The position numbers were made by a program, and so were the translations under genes. The notes under the pieces are model-generated. The model saw only the letters and a list, made by a program, of their open reading frames with translations, made no database searches and was not told the DNA's origin. A DNA stretch of 64,000 nucleotides from Harriotta raleighana (Eukaryota): positions 10,975,134 to 11,039,133 of the forward strand of contig JBNZDD010013732.1 of NCBI GenBank assembly GCA_050575255.1, read 5' to 3'. Positions 52,135-64,000 of this stretch are shown piece by piece (position 1 is the first letter of the stretch; every line of letters starts with the position of its first letter).

Positions 52135-52505
52135 CAACAATAAATTGCATTGAGGCTGTGCCTTTCATCCTGGGAGGACATCCCAAGGTGGTGGACAGTG
52201 GAGGGTTTGCATCCAAAACCGGGGGAGATAAGAGCGGTGAAGAACAAAGGTGGGGTAGAGGATGATGAAAGGCATGAGTAAGGTCTAAAGAAAGGCATTG
52301 AAGGAAGCAAGGGAGGGGAGGGGAGGTGGGGGGCTTCTGGGATGGAGGTCTGGAAACTAGGAGCAGANTGGGGGGGTTCTGGGATGGAGGTCTGGAAACT
52401 AGGAGCAGAAAAGCTGAAAGCCTGACNGGAGGTGGGGGGCTTCTGGGATGGAGGTCTGGAAACTAGGAGCAGAAAAGCTGAAAGCCTGACTGCTGATGGT
52501 GGCCA
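52135..52505 (-). mobile_element. L2 LINE 3' fragment
   Basis: Tail GCCTTTCATCCTGGGAGGACATCCCAAGGTG and ORF2-end segment GGAGCAGAAAAGCTGAAAGCC; internal duplicates flank single Ns. Confidence 0.75.
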
Positions 52506-53854
52506 GACAGAATAAAATAAATTACTTTATTATTTCAGACTATAATACCTGAAACATCTAATCATGATGTCACAGTTTATCTATTGAAGTTTATTTTGAT
52601 TTTGAACTGTTCTGTTGTATGTTTTAAAATGGAGCAAAGGAGTGTTCAGGTTAAGAGATAACATGGTGTTAGACCTTGTTGCTTTTCAGGGGGAAGAGTG
52701 AGTTGAAATTGTTGTGGGAGACACAGAGAAAGCGAGAGATAGAAAGGGACAGCTTCTAGTGAGAAGGGAAGATTATATTTGAAAGAATTCTGAACATCAC
52801 TCTGGATATTGATGGGCTTTTAAGAATACCTGAACCTTGATTTATGTTTTATTTTTTTCCTTGATCGTTTTCCACTTGAACTGTTACATGTCCTTGAATT
52901 TATTCAGTAAATAATTATATTTGGTTCAAGACATTATTTGACAGATTCTTAGGAATTTTGCCTCCCAAGAATGAGACGGTGAAATGTAAACTGAACCCAG
53001 TGAAGATATAAATCATGCTATTTTAGTTTACAGCCAGGAATCTTTCTTGTTCTTTTCTACCCCTCCCTGCTCCTAGCTCAATTGCTCAGCCAGGACTGTG
53101 AAGCACTTTGAGATGTGCTCCCAAAATGAAAGGCACTACAGTATATAAATGTAAATTATGTTGTATTGTAAAGCAGTGAAATGACACTGCCTTCTGCTGG
53201 AAATCTCTTTCACGTTTGGAGAGAAAAGCAATATTCTGATCTCATGTCATACAAGGCTGATAATTCCTGGTTTGGGGTTCAGAGTTAAACCATCTTATAT
53301 TAGTTTGAACTCTGTATTTTAGCAATTTAAAGCCCAGAGTCGCAACTCCGTTTTACAGCCCAAATCCTGGAATCATCCTTACTGTTATTTCTTGACCTCT
53401 TTACCCTTGCAAAATATATCAATATTCTTTTGGAAGTCAGATGCCTAGAATGCCTGGAACTGCTCCAAATTCAGCTCCAAAAATGATCTGTTCAAGGTTC
53501 GAATAACCCAAGTTTGACTTCTGTTCGAATGCCCCCAACATTCCATATGTTATCTTCCAGTGAAATACTGGGCTCTGATAATGTGACTAAGCCTCAACTA
53601 AAGGTAAACGTCTCCAACTGCATTTGTTTAATCCTCAGGGGATTAATCATGAAAGTCTATCTCAATGAGATTGCTACTTCATCTTGCCCAGGGGGAACGG
53701 GATTGAGGCTGCCATTTCCTTCCCAACCTGATTGAGCAAGAACCACTGGAGAGAAGAGTCATCAGTCTCGGCTCTATTGAACGCAAGCGCTCTTTAACTG
53801 CTCTGAGACACTATTCTGCCTTGAGGGAGCTACACAAGTGCAAGTTGCTATTGT

Positions 53855-54238
53855 TGACCTAATAGAGGACTTTAAAATTATGAAAGGTTTTGTTAGGGTA
53901 GACATAGAGAAAATGTTTCCACTCATGGAAGATGCCAAAACCAGGGGCAAAAAATATGTAATATAGTCACCAATAAATCAAATAGGGATGTCAGAAGAAA
54001 CTTATTTCTTTAAACACCCAGAGAGTGGTGGAAATGTGGAACTACAATGAGCAGTTGAGGCGAATTTAAGGGGAAGCTAGATAAGTACATGAGGGAGAAA
54101 AGGAATATAAGGTTATCTTGATAGGGTTATTTGAGGAAGGGCAAAAGGAGGCTCATGTGGAGGCATTACCACCGGCATAGACCAGTTGGGTCAAATGGCC
54201 TGTTTCTGTGCAGTATATTCTATGTAATTCTATGTAAA
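53855..54238 (+). mobile_element. CR1 LINE 3' fragment
   Basis: DLIEDFKIMKGFVRVDIEKMFPL (CR1 ORF2 end), CCCAGAGAGTGGTGGAAATGTGGAAC and a (TTCTATGTAA)2 tail. Confidence 0.9.
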
Positions 54239-55849
54239 GTTCAAGTTGTGAAACAACAGTGCTCAATACACAATTCCCAAATGATATTTTATTTGATGAA
54301 AGATATTCCTTGCCATTGCTCCATGTTCCCAGTATCTTCTGAATTCAGTTTTCATAATTGTGTTGTCATTGACAAAGTTATGTTGAATGGTTACATGTGT
54401 TCACATCAATAAGCTTTTTCCTGCATCACTGGGCTCTCCTATTCCATGGTGAGTTTCTATTAAAATAAGGGAATTAACAATAATTGTATCGCATGACATA
54501 TGAACTGCAATCTTGAGAAGATCTGGCATGCTAGCCACTGGCAGACAGCCACCAACACACAAAATTCATGGCATCAGAGTACCATTCTTCAGTACAAAAA
54601 TAGCTAACCACCATGTATTACATAAAATTGCAGTCGTGTTTTAGTCTTAATTGTAGGTTATCATGCAATCTAGGATTAGAAATGGCATTTGCAATCTATT
54701 AGAGCTTTTGTCCCCCAGTTTATGATAACCCTAATTATGATGCAAGCGTTCACCAACATCCCACTCAACTGCTATTGTGAAGGTAACACCAAAGCTATGC
54801 TATAGGCTGTTCATATTGTGATTAGTACCTAAGCAACATTGCAATCATATGTTAGTGAAGGACCTGCCAGAAAATACTCTTAACAACAAATATTTGGAAT
54901 GATCAGGCCTGGGAATGGTTCTTCATATGGGTTCCACATCTTGAAGTGACATATTTAAATCACTAAAGAGATATCAATCATTAATAATCCCCAATATTTT
55001 ACAAATTACCTCATCTTTCTTTCTTTGCAGCTAGCAGAATTTGGAGCAAACATTGTTGTCAAGAGTCTCCTTGTCACTGACATGCTAGTTTTGAGATGTG
55101 AAAGGCTCAATATAAATGCAAGTTGTTTTGGTGTTGTAATTTACAATATACAATTAGAGCCTCGAATCACTTCCAGCCAGAAAACTCCTTAAAAAAATTA
55201 CTGTACTTTACAGTTTATCCTGTGAACCTCTTTGAAATGTCTACCCAATGTGAAAATTGCTGTACTAAATATAAAGACTATTGTTATTATTATTTTGCCT
55301 ACAAAATAAAGAGTCACTACACTTTTCAGCAAAACCTGTAAAGCACTTTGAGAAATGTGAAAGGAGCTGTTGCAAATGCAAGAATTATTTTTATCGTTAT
55401 TATTTATTCAGTGTTCTTTGCTTGCCTTGCTTCTGGCATTATGAAGGTGCTATTAGGCAACATGCTCTGCAGCACTGAAAACATAGTCCTTGGGTATAGG
55501 GCTGTTTTATTCCTGCATATTCTGCAGTTACTAACAGGAAATCACATAGCATGAAACTGTGTACCTATAAATAACAGTTTAAATGAGATTTCAAATTAAT
55601 TTAAATATGATGATATTCAGACATTTTTGACAGCAGATACGCCAATTACAGTCACACACACTTTTCTAAGCCGTTCTCTCCAGCTGAATCAGCACTTAGG
55701 GTGTCAGGGAGAGGGAAGGAGAAAGTGTTTTTGTTCTCCCTTTGCCCCGTACCATCACCCTGCATCCCCCCACCCTCACCCCTCCACAACGCCCTGCCCC
55801 CAATCATTTCCTATCAACTCCCATACATCTCAGTTTTTTAAAATGCAAA

Positions 55850-55997
55850 CATGGGACACTGCTGTACGCAATTGGCTGCTGCAGTTTGCCCACAAATACA
55901 CAGTCAATTCACTTTACAGTATATTCTGTGAAGCACTTTGAGACGTCTGGAAGACATGAAAAGCTTGATATCAAACTAAAGATTATTATTATTGTTG
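55850..55997 (+). mobile_element. SINE 3' half
   Basis: TGGGACACTGCTGTACGCAATTGGCTGC...GATTATTATTATT. Confidence 0.8.
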
Positions 55998-56354
55998 TTA
56001 ACATACAAAAAGTATCAATGACAAAAAATAAAATGAACCTTAGAACCAAGTAATCAAACGCAAATTCCCATATCATTTCTCTGTAGAAAAGAACGGAGAG
56101 CATTCATTCTGAATTATTTACAGTAAAGCTTCTTACAAAACACAGTTCCCCTCAAATTCTCCCATGAGAGGCAGGATCAACCAGAGGTCATACAATCACT
56201 ATGACAGTATATGTATCTGCATACACATATGCACATTAAGGTGAGGATGGAGTGTTTTTTTAAAAGTTTGGGTTGTTGGTCGTTCTGGAAGGATCTGGAT
56301 CCACCTCAATTCTATCAATGTTTGAATTCCTTCCATGTCTTTCAGATGAGATGT

Positions 56355-57709
56355 TAACAACAACAACAAGATTGCATTTATAGAGCGCGTTTCATGTCCG
56401 GAGGATGTCCCAAGGTGCTGGACAGTTGGATTAGGACCCGGGCAGGGGGAAATGATCAGGGTGAGGGGAGGGGAGGGAGGGAGCGAGGAGTGGGTAGAGA
56501 GTCGAGAGGGGAGCTGAAGGCACGGTCGAAGAGAAAGGTCTTGAGACCGGCCTTGAAGGAGGAAAGGGAGGGAGCGAGGCGAAGNNNNNNNNNNNNNNNN
56601 NNNNNNNNNNNNNNNNNNNNNNNNNNNNNNNNNNNNNNNNNNNNNNNNNNNNNNNNNNNNNNNNNNNNNNNNNNNNNNNNNNNNNNNNNNNNNNNNNNNN
56701 NNNNNNNNNNNNNNNNNNNNNNNNNNNNNNNNNNNNNNNNNNNNNNNNNNNNNNNNNNNNNNNNNNNNNNNNNNNNNNNNNNNNNNNNNNNNNNNNNNNN
56801 NNNNNNNNNNNNNNNNNNNNNNNNNNNNNNNNNNNNNNNNNNNNNNNNNNNNNNNNNNNNNNNNNNNNNNNNNNNNNNNNNNNNNNNNNNNNNNNNNNNN
56901 NNNNNNNNNNNNNNNNNNNNNNNNNNNNNNNNNNNNNNNNNNNNNNNNNNNNNNNNNNNNNNNNNNNNNNNNNNNNNNNNNNNNNNNNNNNNNNNNNNNN
57001 NNNNNNNNNNNNNNNNNNNNNNNNNNNNNNNNNNNNNNNNNNNNNNNNNNNNNNNNNNNNNNNNNNNNNNNNNNNNNNNNNNNNNNNNNNNNNNNNNNNN
57101 NNNNNNNNNNNNNNNNNNNNNNNNNNNNNNNNNNNNNNNNNNNNNNNNNNNNNNNNNNNNNNNNNNNNNNNNNNNNNNNNNNNNNNNNNNNNNNNNNNNN
57201 NNNNNNNNNNNNNNNNNNNNNNNNNNNNNNNNNNNNNNNNNNNNNNNNNNNNNNNNNNNNNNNNNNNNNNNNNNNNNNNNNNNNNNNNNNNNNNNNNNNN
57301 NNNNNNNNNNNNNNNNNNNNNNNNNNNNNNNNNNNNNNNNNNNNNNNNNNNNNNNNNNNNNNNNNNNNNNNNNNNNNNNNNNNNNNNNNNNNNNNGGTTG
57401 AGGTGGGAGGACAGGCAGTGCAGGAGGATAGAGTGGTCGACCATATCGAATGCGGCCGATAGGTCGAGGAGGACGAGGAGACAGAGGGAGCCCTGGTCAC
57501 AGATGGTCAGGATGTCATTGATGACCTTGACCAGGGCAGTTTCCATGCTATGGGCAGCACAGAAACCCGACTGGAAGGGTTCGAGGGGTGAGTGGGTGGA
57601 GAGGAAAGAGCGCAGCTGGGAGGCGACGACTCTTTCCAGAACCTTGGACAGAAAGGGGAGGTTGGAGATGGGCTGGTAGCTTGAAAGCTGCGACGCATCA
57701 AGGGAAGGT
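56355..57709 (-). mobile_element. 5'-truncated L2 LINE with RT domain (spans N gap 56585-57395)
   Basis: YQPISNLPFLSKVLERVVASQL...QSGFCAAHSMETALVKVINDIL...LVLLDLSAAFDMVDHSILL are non-LTR RT motifs; ORF2 end, 3' UTR and (TTG)n tail on the other side of the gap. Confidence 0.93.
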
Positions 57710-57950
57710 TAAACAGAGGAAGTGAGATCCCTGTCTGTGTCTGTTCAGGTGTACGTTAAAGATTGCGTAATTTGAAAAAAGCAAGGAGTTTCTTCCAGTC
57801 TGCTGGCCAACAATCTCCCAAATGGAAAAAAAAAGTTGTTCACTCCCAGCTAATTGTGGGACATCGCTGTGGGCATAATTGGCCCACAAAACTTTACTGT
57901 ATATCCTGTGAAGCACTTTGGAACATCCTCCCGACTTGAAAGGCACTTAC
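57710..57950 (+). mobile_element. Deu-domain SINE fragment
   Basis: CTGTTCAGGTGTACGTTAAAGAT...GCTGGCCAACAATC...TGTGGGACATCGCTGTG. Confidence 0.65.
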
Positions 57951-58625
57951 TTGAGTTCTAAATATTTTCAAAACTAATACTTACAAACTATTTTGAAGGT
58001 TAGGCTGATGTATTCATGGCAAGTTGTGTTAATTTCTATGAATCTACAACATATGGTGTTTAGGTTCATTTTAGCCCTGAAACCAAGGTTTAGTATGTCT
58101 CTAAGTAGAAATACAAGTTGAATCCAAGCACTGGTGTGTACTATGAGACATTTGTGATAAATTGAAACAAGTACCTCTTTCACCTTGTATTGTTAGTGCT
58201 CAAACTCCCGTGACTAATCACTTGCTTTTGGACAGTAATTATCACCATTTCCAAGTGATTATTCATGTGTTCACCTCAGTGTCAACTAAACAACTGTGGT
58301 TTAAATTTAGTGGTTTCTGCTGTACCATCTGGCAACAATAGCAGAACTATGTGAAAGATAAACATTATTAGGACTTAGTGGCAGGAATTAACATAAAATG
58401 AATTGTGCCTTCCTTATACATCATAAAAATGACCCAGTTGATTAAATAATTCTCTGGAAAGGCAGATGGTAAACAAAACATAGTTCAAAAGATTCCAAGA
58501 TGATTGACTGAGGGACAATCTGTTCCTGTACTTTTATTCACACTAACTGCATTTTGCACCAGCAACATTTCAGAATTTTCATCCTGTATCTGTCCTACCT
58601 GACCTTCTTCCAATACTCACAATCA

Positions 58626-58948
58626 AATAATAATAATCCTTGCATTTGATGTAGCGATTTTCACATCTTATCGACGTCTCAAAGCGCTTCACAGAATATA
58701 CTGTAATGTGAATTGACTGTGTATTTGTGGGTGAAATGCAGCAGCCAATTGTGCACAGCAGTGACCCAAAAATAGTCGGGGATTGAAATGACCAATTTTT
58801 ATTATTGTGTTTTTTTGGGGACCGAATATTATTAGGCATGTGGATTAAGGAAACTTTCCCAAGGTTTTACCCTGATCTGCCTGGACTCGAACACAGGTCT
58901 TATGCTTGTAAGGCGAGTGCTCTAACCACTGAGCTACAGGAGCTCCAC
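58626..58948 (-). mobile_element. tRNA-derived SINE, full length
   Basis: Minus strand GTGGAGCTCCTGTAGCTCAGTGGTTAGAGCACTCGCCTTACAAG...GTTCGAGTCC through to the (ATT)n tail. Confidence 0.9.
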
Positions 58949-59485
58949 AAGGTTAATAGTTAAGAATAATTATTTGGCCAAGTCACTGGAATTGTTGTAG
59001 CATCACAACTCAGCACAAGACTTTAGAACAGAGATTGTCAAAGAGTCTAACACATCCATAATCTTGTCCTAACCTTGTCTGGCATCCTTCTGTGACCCTC
59101 TTGTTCTGACCTCTTCACCAACTCAGCAAGCACCAGCCAACTTCATGATCCCCCTATCGATCTGCACCAACATCGATGGATGAGTTTTCAGGAATTCCAT
59201 GTCCACTCTCTACTATTTCATTCCAACCCATCTTCCCTCTCCCTTCCCATCTTTAAAACCTATCTTTTTGACTATGCTTTTCTTTGTACTTTAAGCTACC
59301 TTCCTTCCCTCTCCAACTGTTCCCTTATCAATAGAGGTTCCCCTGTGTACGCCTTGGTATTTTGTCCTCATCCGCTACTGTAAAAACGGAAGCAAAGTAT
59401 TAATTTAGCAAGTCATCATTTATTTATTTTGTGTTATAGTCTCACCTGTATCTGTTCCTAATGGACCCACATTCTTCTTGACCAT

Positions 59486-59695
59486 TCCACATGCCTAATA
59501 ATAATCTATCCCCCCAAAAAATTAGTCATTTCAATCCACGACTGTTTGTGGGACACTGCTGTACGCAATTGGCTGCCGTGTTTCACCCACAAATATCTAG
59601 TCAATTTACTTTACAATATATTCTGTGAAGAGCTTTGAGATATCTAGAAGATGTGAAAAGTGCTACATCAAATGCAAGGATTATTATTTTTATTA
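59486..59695 (+). mobile_element. SINE, 5'-truncated (adjoins a probable CR1 fragment at 59378-59487)
   Basis: TCCACATGCCTAATAATAATC...CAAATGCAAGGATTATTATT. Confidence 0.85.
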
Positions 59696-60734
59696 TCTTT
59701 GGTTTCCCCCCCCACACAAAAAAACAAGATTGGGCTCCCAGTCAACTGAGTGAAGGCTTTGACACATCATTCCAATGTGAAAGGCACTATATAATCATAA
59801 ATTGTTGTTGAAAAGCACTGAAGCGTTTGATAATGAAAACCTAGCAAATCAAGAAAGTCCCAAAAGAACATCAGAATGATCAATTTGACGCAGAGGAGAT
59901 ATGCCAGATTACAACTTGCAACAGTTGAATGAAGGCAGAACATCACATAACCAATACTGTACACAGTTAGATTTTTACTGCAGGCTAAAAGTACTTTCGT
60001 TAGGCTCTGGAATATTTATGTACTTTGCTCATACATTGACACACACATTGTAAAAAGGTTCTCTTCTCCCTGAGTAATTATTGCACTTCCACAGAGTGTG
60101 TGGGATTTTTCACAGCATTGATCAGTGTCCATTACTATTCATATGGTGCTTCACTGAACCAGTGAGATATAAAGTAACATCACATTCTGAACATCGCATG
60201 AACAAAGACAGCATTTCAACAACTCATCTTCTTGCGGATCACTGGAATGGTCTACAAACTGAGCTACATTTGATCTGCGGGCACTTCTGGTTATTTCATA
60301 CAGAGATTTATCCTGCAACAGATAAGGTCCAAGGAATACACCCAATACCTTACAAAATACACAGCTATTCCACTTTACAATATATCCTATGAAGCATTTC
60401 AGTGCATCCAAATGCTAAATTGATGAATATTACTTTGTGAAGGGCATGATTCGTTAATAATTCGTTATTATTATGATATTATTACAATTTAAATCAGTCT
60501 GTAGAAATAGTTTCTAAGTGACTTTCAGTGATGGGCAGCCAGACCAATAACACTGCCACTTGACATACGAATAGATGATAATTTTGCTTAAAATATTTGA
60601 GCTTTCTAAAATAGCTATTTTTTGTAAGATGTTATTTTATTCACTGGGTGTTTTGAATGATCTTATTAACAATCCAAGTTGCACCGATTAATATAGGAAT
60701 TATGTTTGTTTTACATTGCAAACAAATGTCCACA

Positions 60735-60890
60735 GTCAATTTGTAACTTGATTCATTTCCTTATTTTCTCCAGTTCCTTTTTTTTAACATTGTAATCACT
60801 TGGGATAGGCACATCAACAATACTACATGTACAATATATTTCATTCTTTATGATACTACTGTATCTGGTCTGCTGCACCTGATTGTCATG
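60735..60890 (-). pseudogene. Possible degraded relic of the PNPLA8-like terminal exon
   Basis: One frame reads NQVQQTRYSSIIKNE...LEKIRK*IKLQID, against recalled human DQLQLEGLKYIERNE...LQKINDWIKLKTD. Strand and position are as expected, but the match is weak. Confidence 0.3.
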
Positions 60891-60999
60891 TCTGTATGCA
60901 TTTGTGAATCCTAGATTATTGTGATGTTTCTGAATTATTATATTGTTATTATACCTCCCCTCAAGATAGTCAGTCGAGCTTCTCAAGAGTGGTCTAAGG

Positions 61000-61283
61000 C
61001 ACTGGTTCTTAACCTTTTTCAGTAATGTACCCTTTGTTAATTTTCAACATTATCATGCACCCCCACCCAACCACATATATACACACACACACACACACCA
61101 CCCTCTCATTCCACTTGCATTTTCTGACCAAGCTTTTCTTATGTAACAAAATAACTAGCACATACAAAACGAGGGGAATAACAAATAAATATACAATTTG
61201 GAAGGCTATAAAACGTTAAATAAGGGAGCTAAATAAATCAATGTACCCCCTGAGGTACATGTACCACTGGTTGAGAACTGCTG
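61000..61283. mobile_element. hAT/Charlie-type MITE (284 bp)
   Basis: 8-bp TSD GTCTAAGG at 60992-60999 and 61284-61291; TIRs CACTGGTTCTTAACC versus CAGCAGTTCTCAACC. Confidence 0.9.
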
Positions 61284-62464
61284 GTCTAAGGCAACTGTCA
61301 TCTCGTCACTGAATTGGATTTGTGCTTTTCTGTACCATTTATAATGGTAGAATTAAGAAGCAGATGTCTTCTCCCAATGGGAAAGGTTTAGACACGTCAG
61401 ACTTACAGAATTCGGGGGATCTACCTGTAAAAGAGGCAGGATCACTGTGCCATCAGTTATGCAAAAATATTTGAATGACTCATTGCACCAGTTTCACGAT
61501 GTTTAACAGACAAAAACAAAAGGACAATGGTGCCACTTGTACAAGACAATTTAGACCTTTAATTTGAGGGAAAGACCCTCCATTTCCTCATCAGATTATG
61601 GTCTTTTACTTTCTATTATGTTTTGGATCAATTCAAAATTCATCTCGAAAAAAATATCAGTATTGTGCAGGGTCTTTTTCCAAGACAGCATTATTGTTGG
61701 AAAGCCTGGTGTGTCAATTCCCAAAACAAATGCTCTCATTTGATTTCTAGAACAATTTTATTCAGTAAATTGATTCCTGGAACAACTTAATTCAGCAAAA
61801 TGAATTAGAAGATTGTGTTCAAAGTATGCATTCTATTCGTTTTTCTTGACTCAACTGCATTAGTCAGAAGATTATCCAGTTACTGACAAATTTTATTAAC
61901 AAACAAGCATTGAATGAAGACAGGAAAATCTGTTTTGTAGGGAGTGTTACAGAGAAACAAAACAAAATTGCTTCTTAAAAAATGTTTGGTCCCTAAATTA
62001 CCAATCACATAAAAACCCTACATAAGTGACATTTTTACTAGCTGAGTAAATATTGAACATTGGTATCATTGTGTGAACTTCATTAGTCTATGATTTCACC
62101 TATTTTGGGTGAACTGTGAGGCCAGAAAAACATGCAAACTCAAGGCTCTGGTTAGAGCAATTCCGACCATTTTCTCCTATATACTATATTGTTCCTTTTT
62201 ACAACTTGCATCTGCCATTTCAAACATTTTTTCTACATCAGTATTCAAATTTTACACATGGCACATATATTTTTAATGAAAAAGTTTGGAACCTTTGGCA
62301 CATGTAACAGATAGCCATGTTGTTATAGTACTAGTCTGAGACTTTATAATATAATGCCAGATCAGTTCTCAGAAAAAAAGGTGAAACAAATGTTCAAATT
62401 GTCACTTGTTGAACTCACACACCACAGAGGAGAAGAAAGTGCTCCTTTCTGCTTATCTGATATC

Positions 62465-62750
62465 AAAGAATCTTACGGCACAGAAGGAGGTCAATTGGCC
62501 TGTGCCAACATTTTGAAAAAGCTATCAAACTACTCCCAGTCCCCAGTCGTAGCGCATAGCCTTGCAAAGTTACCTTTTCGAATACCTATCCAATTCCCTT
62601 TTGAAAGTGACTGTCTATTCTACTTTCACCAACTCAACAAATGAGAGACCTGGATTCAATTCCCGGCAGGGCAATACCTGGGAAAGTTTCCTTGCTTCAC
62701 ACACCTGGTAATAATCCCTCAAGAAAAAATACAATAATATTTGGGCCACT
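62465..62750. mobile_element. CR1 3' end (-, about 62465-62625) followed by a SINE head (+, about 62636-62750)
   Basis: AGAATCTTACGGCACAGAAGGAGG...TATCCAATTCCCTTTTGAAAG; then GAGAGACCTGGATTCAATTCCCGGCAGGGC. Confidence 0.75.
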
Positions 62751-63185
62751 CCAACATTTGGGCTTCATATATTGTATATACATTCAATATTAAAGATCGG
62801 GTAAATGATGCATCAGCAATGCTTTGAGACGCCGTCCGGCGTGGAAGGCGCTCTATAAATTGAAGTTGTTGTTGTTGTTTGTTCGTCAAAGGTATAACAC
62901 ACATCTTTACCAGTTCTAAATGAGGTCACAATTGTCAGAAATGTTCTCATTAATAATATTTGATGGTGCAAATTTAAGCTCTGCAATTTAACATTATCAA
63001 TTATTAGTTAATGTGCATTAGTTTTGTAAACTGTGTGTACTGTGCGGTTTCTCTTGAACCATTGGATACCTTTTATTAAAATTATGTTTTCACATTGCTT
63101 TCAATGAAATGTGATCTGCACACTGTGATACAGAAATTGTTTTGGACGTCAAGTCAATACATTTCAATATGAAGCAACCACAAAC

Positions 63186-63381
63186 CTTCTGTATCTGTTG
63201 CGTTGCTGATAACATTTGTCAGTTTGGCTGTGAAGCATGTATAGGTTGCATTATTTTTCTTCAAGGTTTTGTCGTGTCCTGTTGCAAGAGAGATTACACA
63301 CTCAAATGGTTTGTATGGCCACAGACATTTGTACTCGTGTGTAGCCAAGGCACAAGGATTGTTAATAAGCAAACCACCTTT
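63186..63381 (-). CDS. PNPLA8: Exon of a PNPLA8-like (calcium-independent phospholipase A2-gamma, patatin domain) gene; homolog of the penultimate coding exon
   Basis: Acceptor TTTCTTGTTTCCCCATTTTGCAG, donor GAAG|GTTTGT, 196 nt, open frame KGGLLINNPCALATHEYKCLWPYKPFECVISLATGHDKTLKKNNATYTCFTAKLTNVISNATDTE. It aligns without gaps to recalled human [35 protein letters not shown]...KLSNVINSATDTE. Upstream exons lie outside the window; it may be a paralog or pseudogene. Confidence 0.88.
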
Positions 63382-64000
63382 CTGCAAAATGGGGAAACAA
63401 GAAAGAAAAATTGAAACATTACTCAATTTGGACTGTAACACACTGTAATTGTGTTTTTTTTTAAATGTTAGCCGTGAATACAATACATTTCGGGAACTGA
63501 AACAGCAATCAGAAATACGTTTATGGTTCAATTTCACATAGAATGGGAACAACTTCTCGTTTGACTTCTCTTCCCATTATTTAAAAACTATTCAATAAAT
63601 GTTCTTTCTCTTTCAATATTGTTGTGTTATACAGACACAAAACAGCAGGTAGATGAACTAACACAGACCCGTGCCTACGTTGTGAGCAGATGTACTATAC
63701 ATGCCACATTTTCTGTTGGTCAGTTAGGTGTCTGACACATGCGGAAACCATGTTTAAGAGTATCCAAAACAAGCTGAGATTTCCAAAGTATCCCAAATAC
63801 ACATGGAAATCCCAGCGAAAGATTGTTGGAATGAAATGTGCGCTCTCTCCCGGAGGGATGAATCTTGTGTACCTAATTCCAGAAACTATTAGGCATTGGT
63901 TGTGAAGAGGTACATTGCTGCTGGAGTTCATGCTCTCGCTACATGGAAACAAGATGTCAAAACATGATCAAAGTTTTCAAACTTTCAAAATTAGCTTGAA

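Noticed and set aside
60151-60312. Alternative terminal exon candidate after TCTGTTGCAG
   Set aside because: In the phase needed after the PNPLA8-like exon it gives Gly then an immediate stop, has no homology and sits next to a SINE remnant.
63695-63952. 85-aa ORF upstream of the PNPLA8-like exon
   Set aside because: No similarity to the expected preceding PNPLA8 exon (RASSAAPGYF motif); treated as intron.

Overview
This is repeat-rich vertebrate genomic DNA, not prokaryotic; there are no operons, rRNA or CRISPR arrays. The repeat set (tRNA-headed SINEs, Deu-domain SINEs, L2 and CR1 LINE 3' ends, Penelope-like termini, Tigger- and hAT-type MITEs) suggests a cartilaginous fish, possibly a chimaera (inference). 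The only recognisable host coding sequence is one 196-nt minus-strand exon at 63186-63381, homologous to the penultimate exon of PNPLA8 (iPLA2-gamma). Its first codon, the catalytic Asp of the patatin DGG motif, reads Lys (KGG). No intact terminal exon follows; there is only a possible relic near 60.7-60.9 kb, next to a hAT MITE. A CpG-enriched candidate first exon with a GTGAGT donor lies on the minus strand at about 50.9-51.3 kb. From PNPLA8-NRCAM synteny it may start an L1-family cell-adhesion gene, which would make 1-50.9 kb largely its 5' introns (inference). Nearly all ORF-track entries are chance ORFs or LINE fragments. I see no firm evidence of a wholly new biological system. The best leads are the dead or decaying PNPLA8 copy, a Penelope hammerhead-ribozyme relic, a CpG-rich Tigger MITE carrying a CRE/E-box array, a tail-swapped SINE/L2 chimera and an unclassified old repeat. 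Repeat boundaries are approximate unless TSDs are given, and family names and human comparisons are from memory, not database searches.
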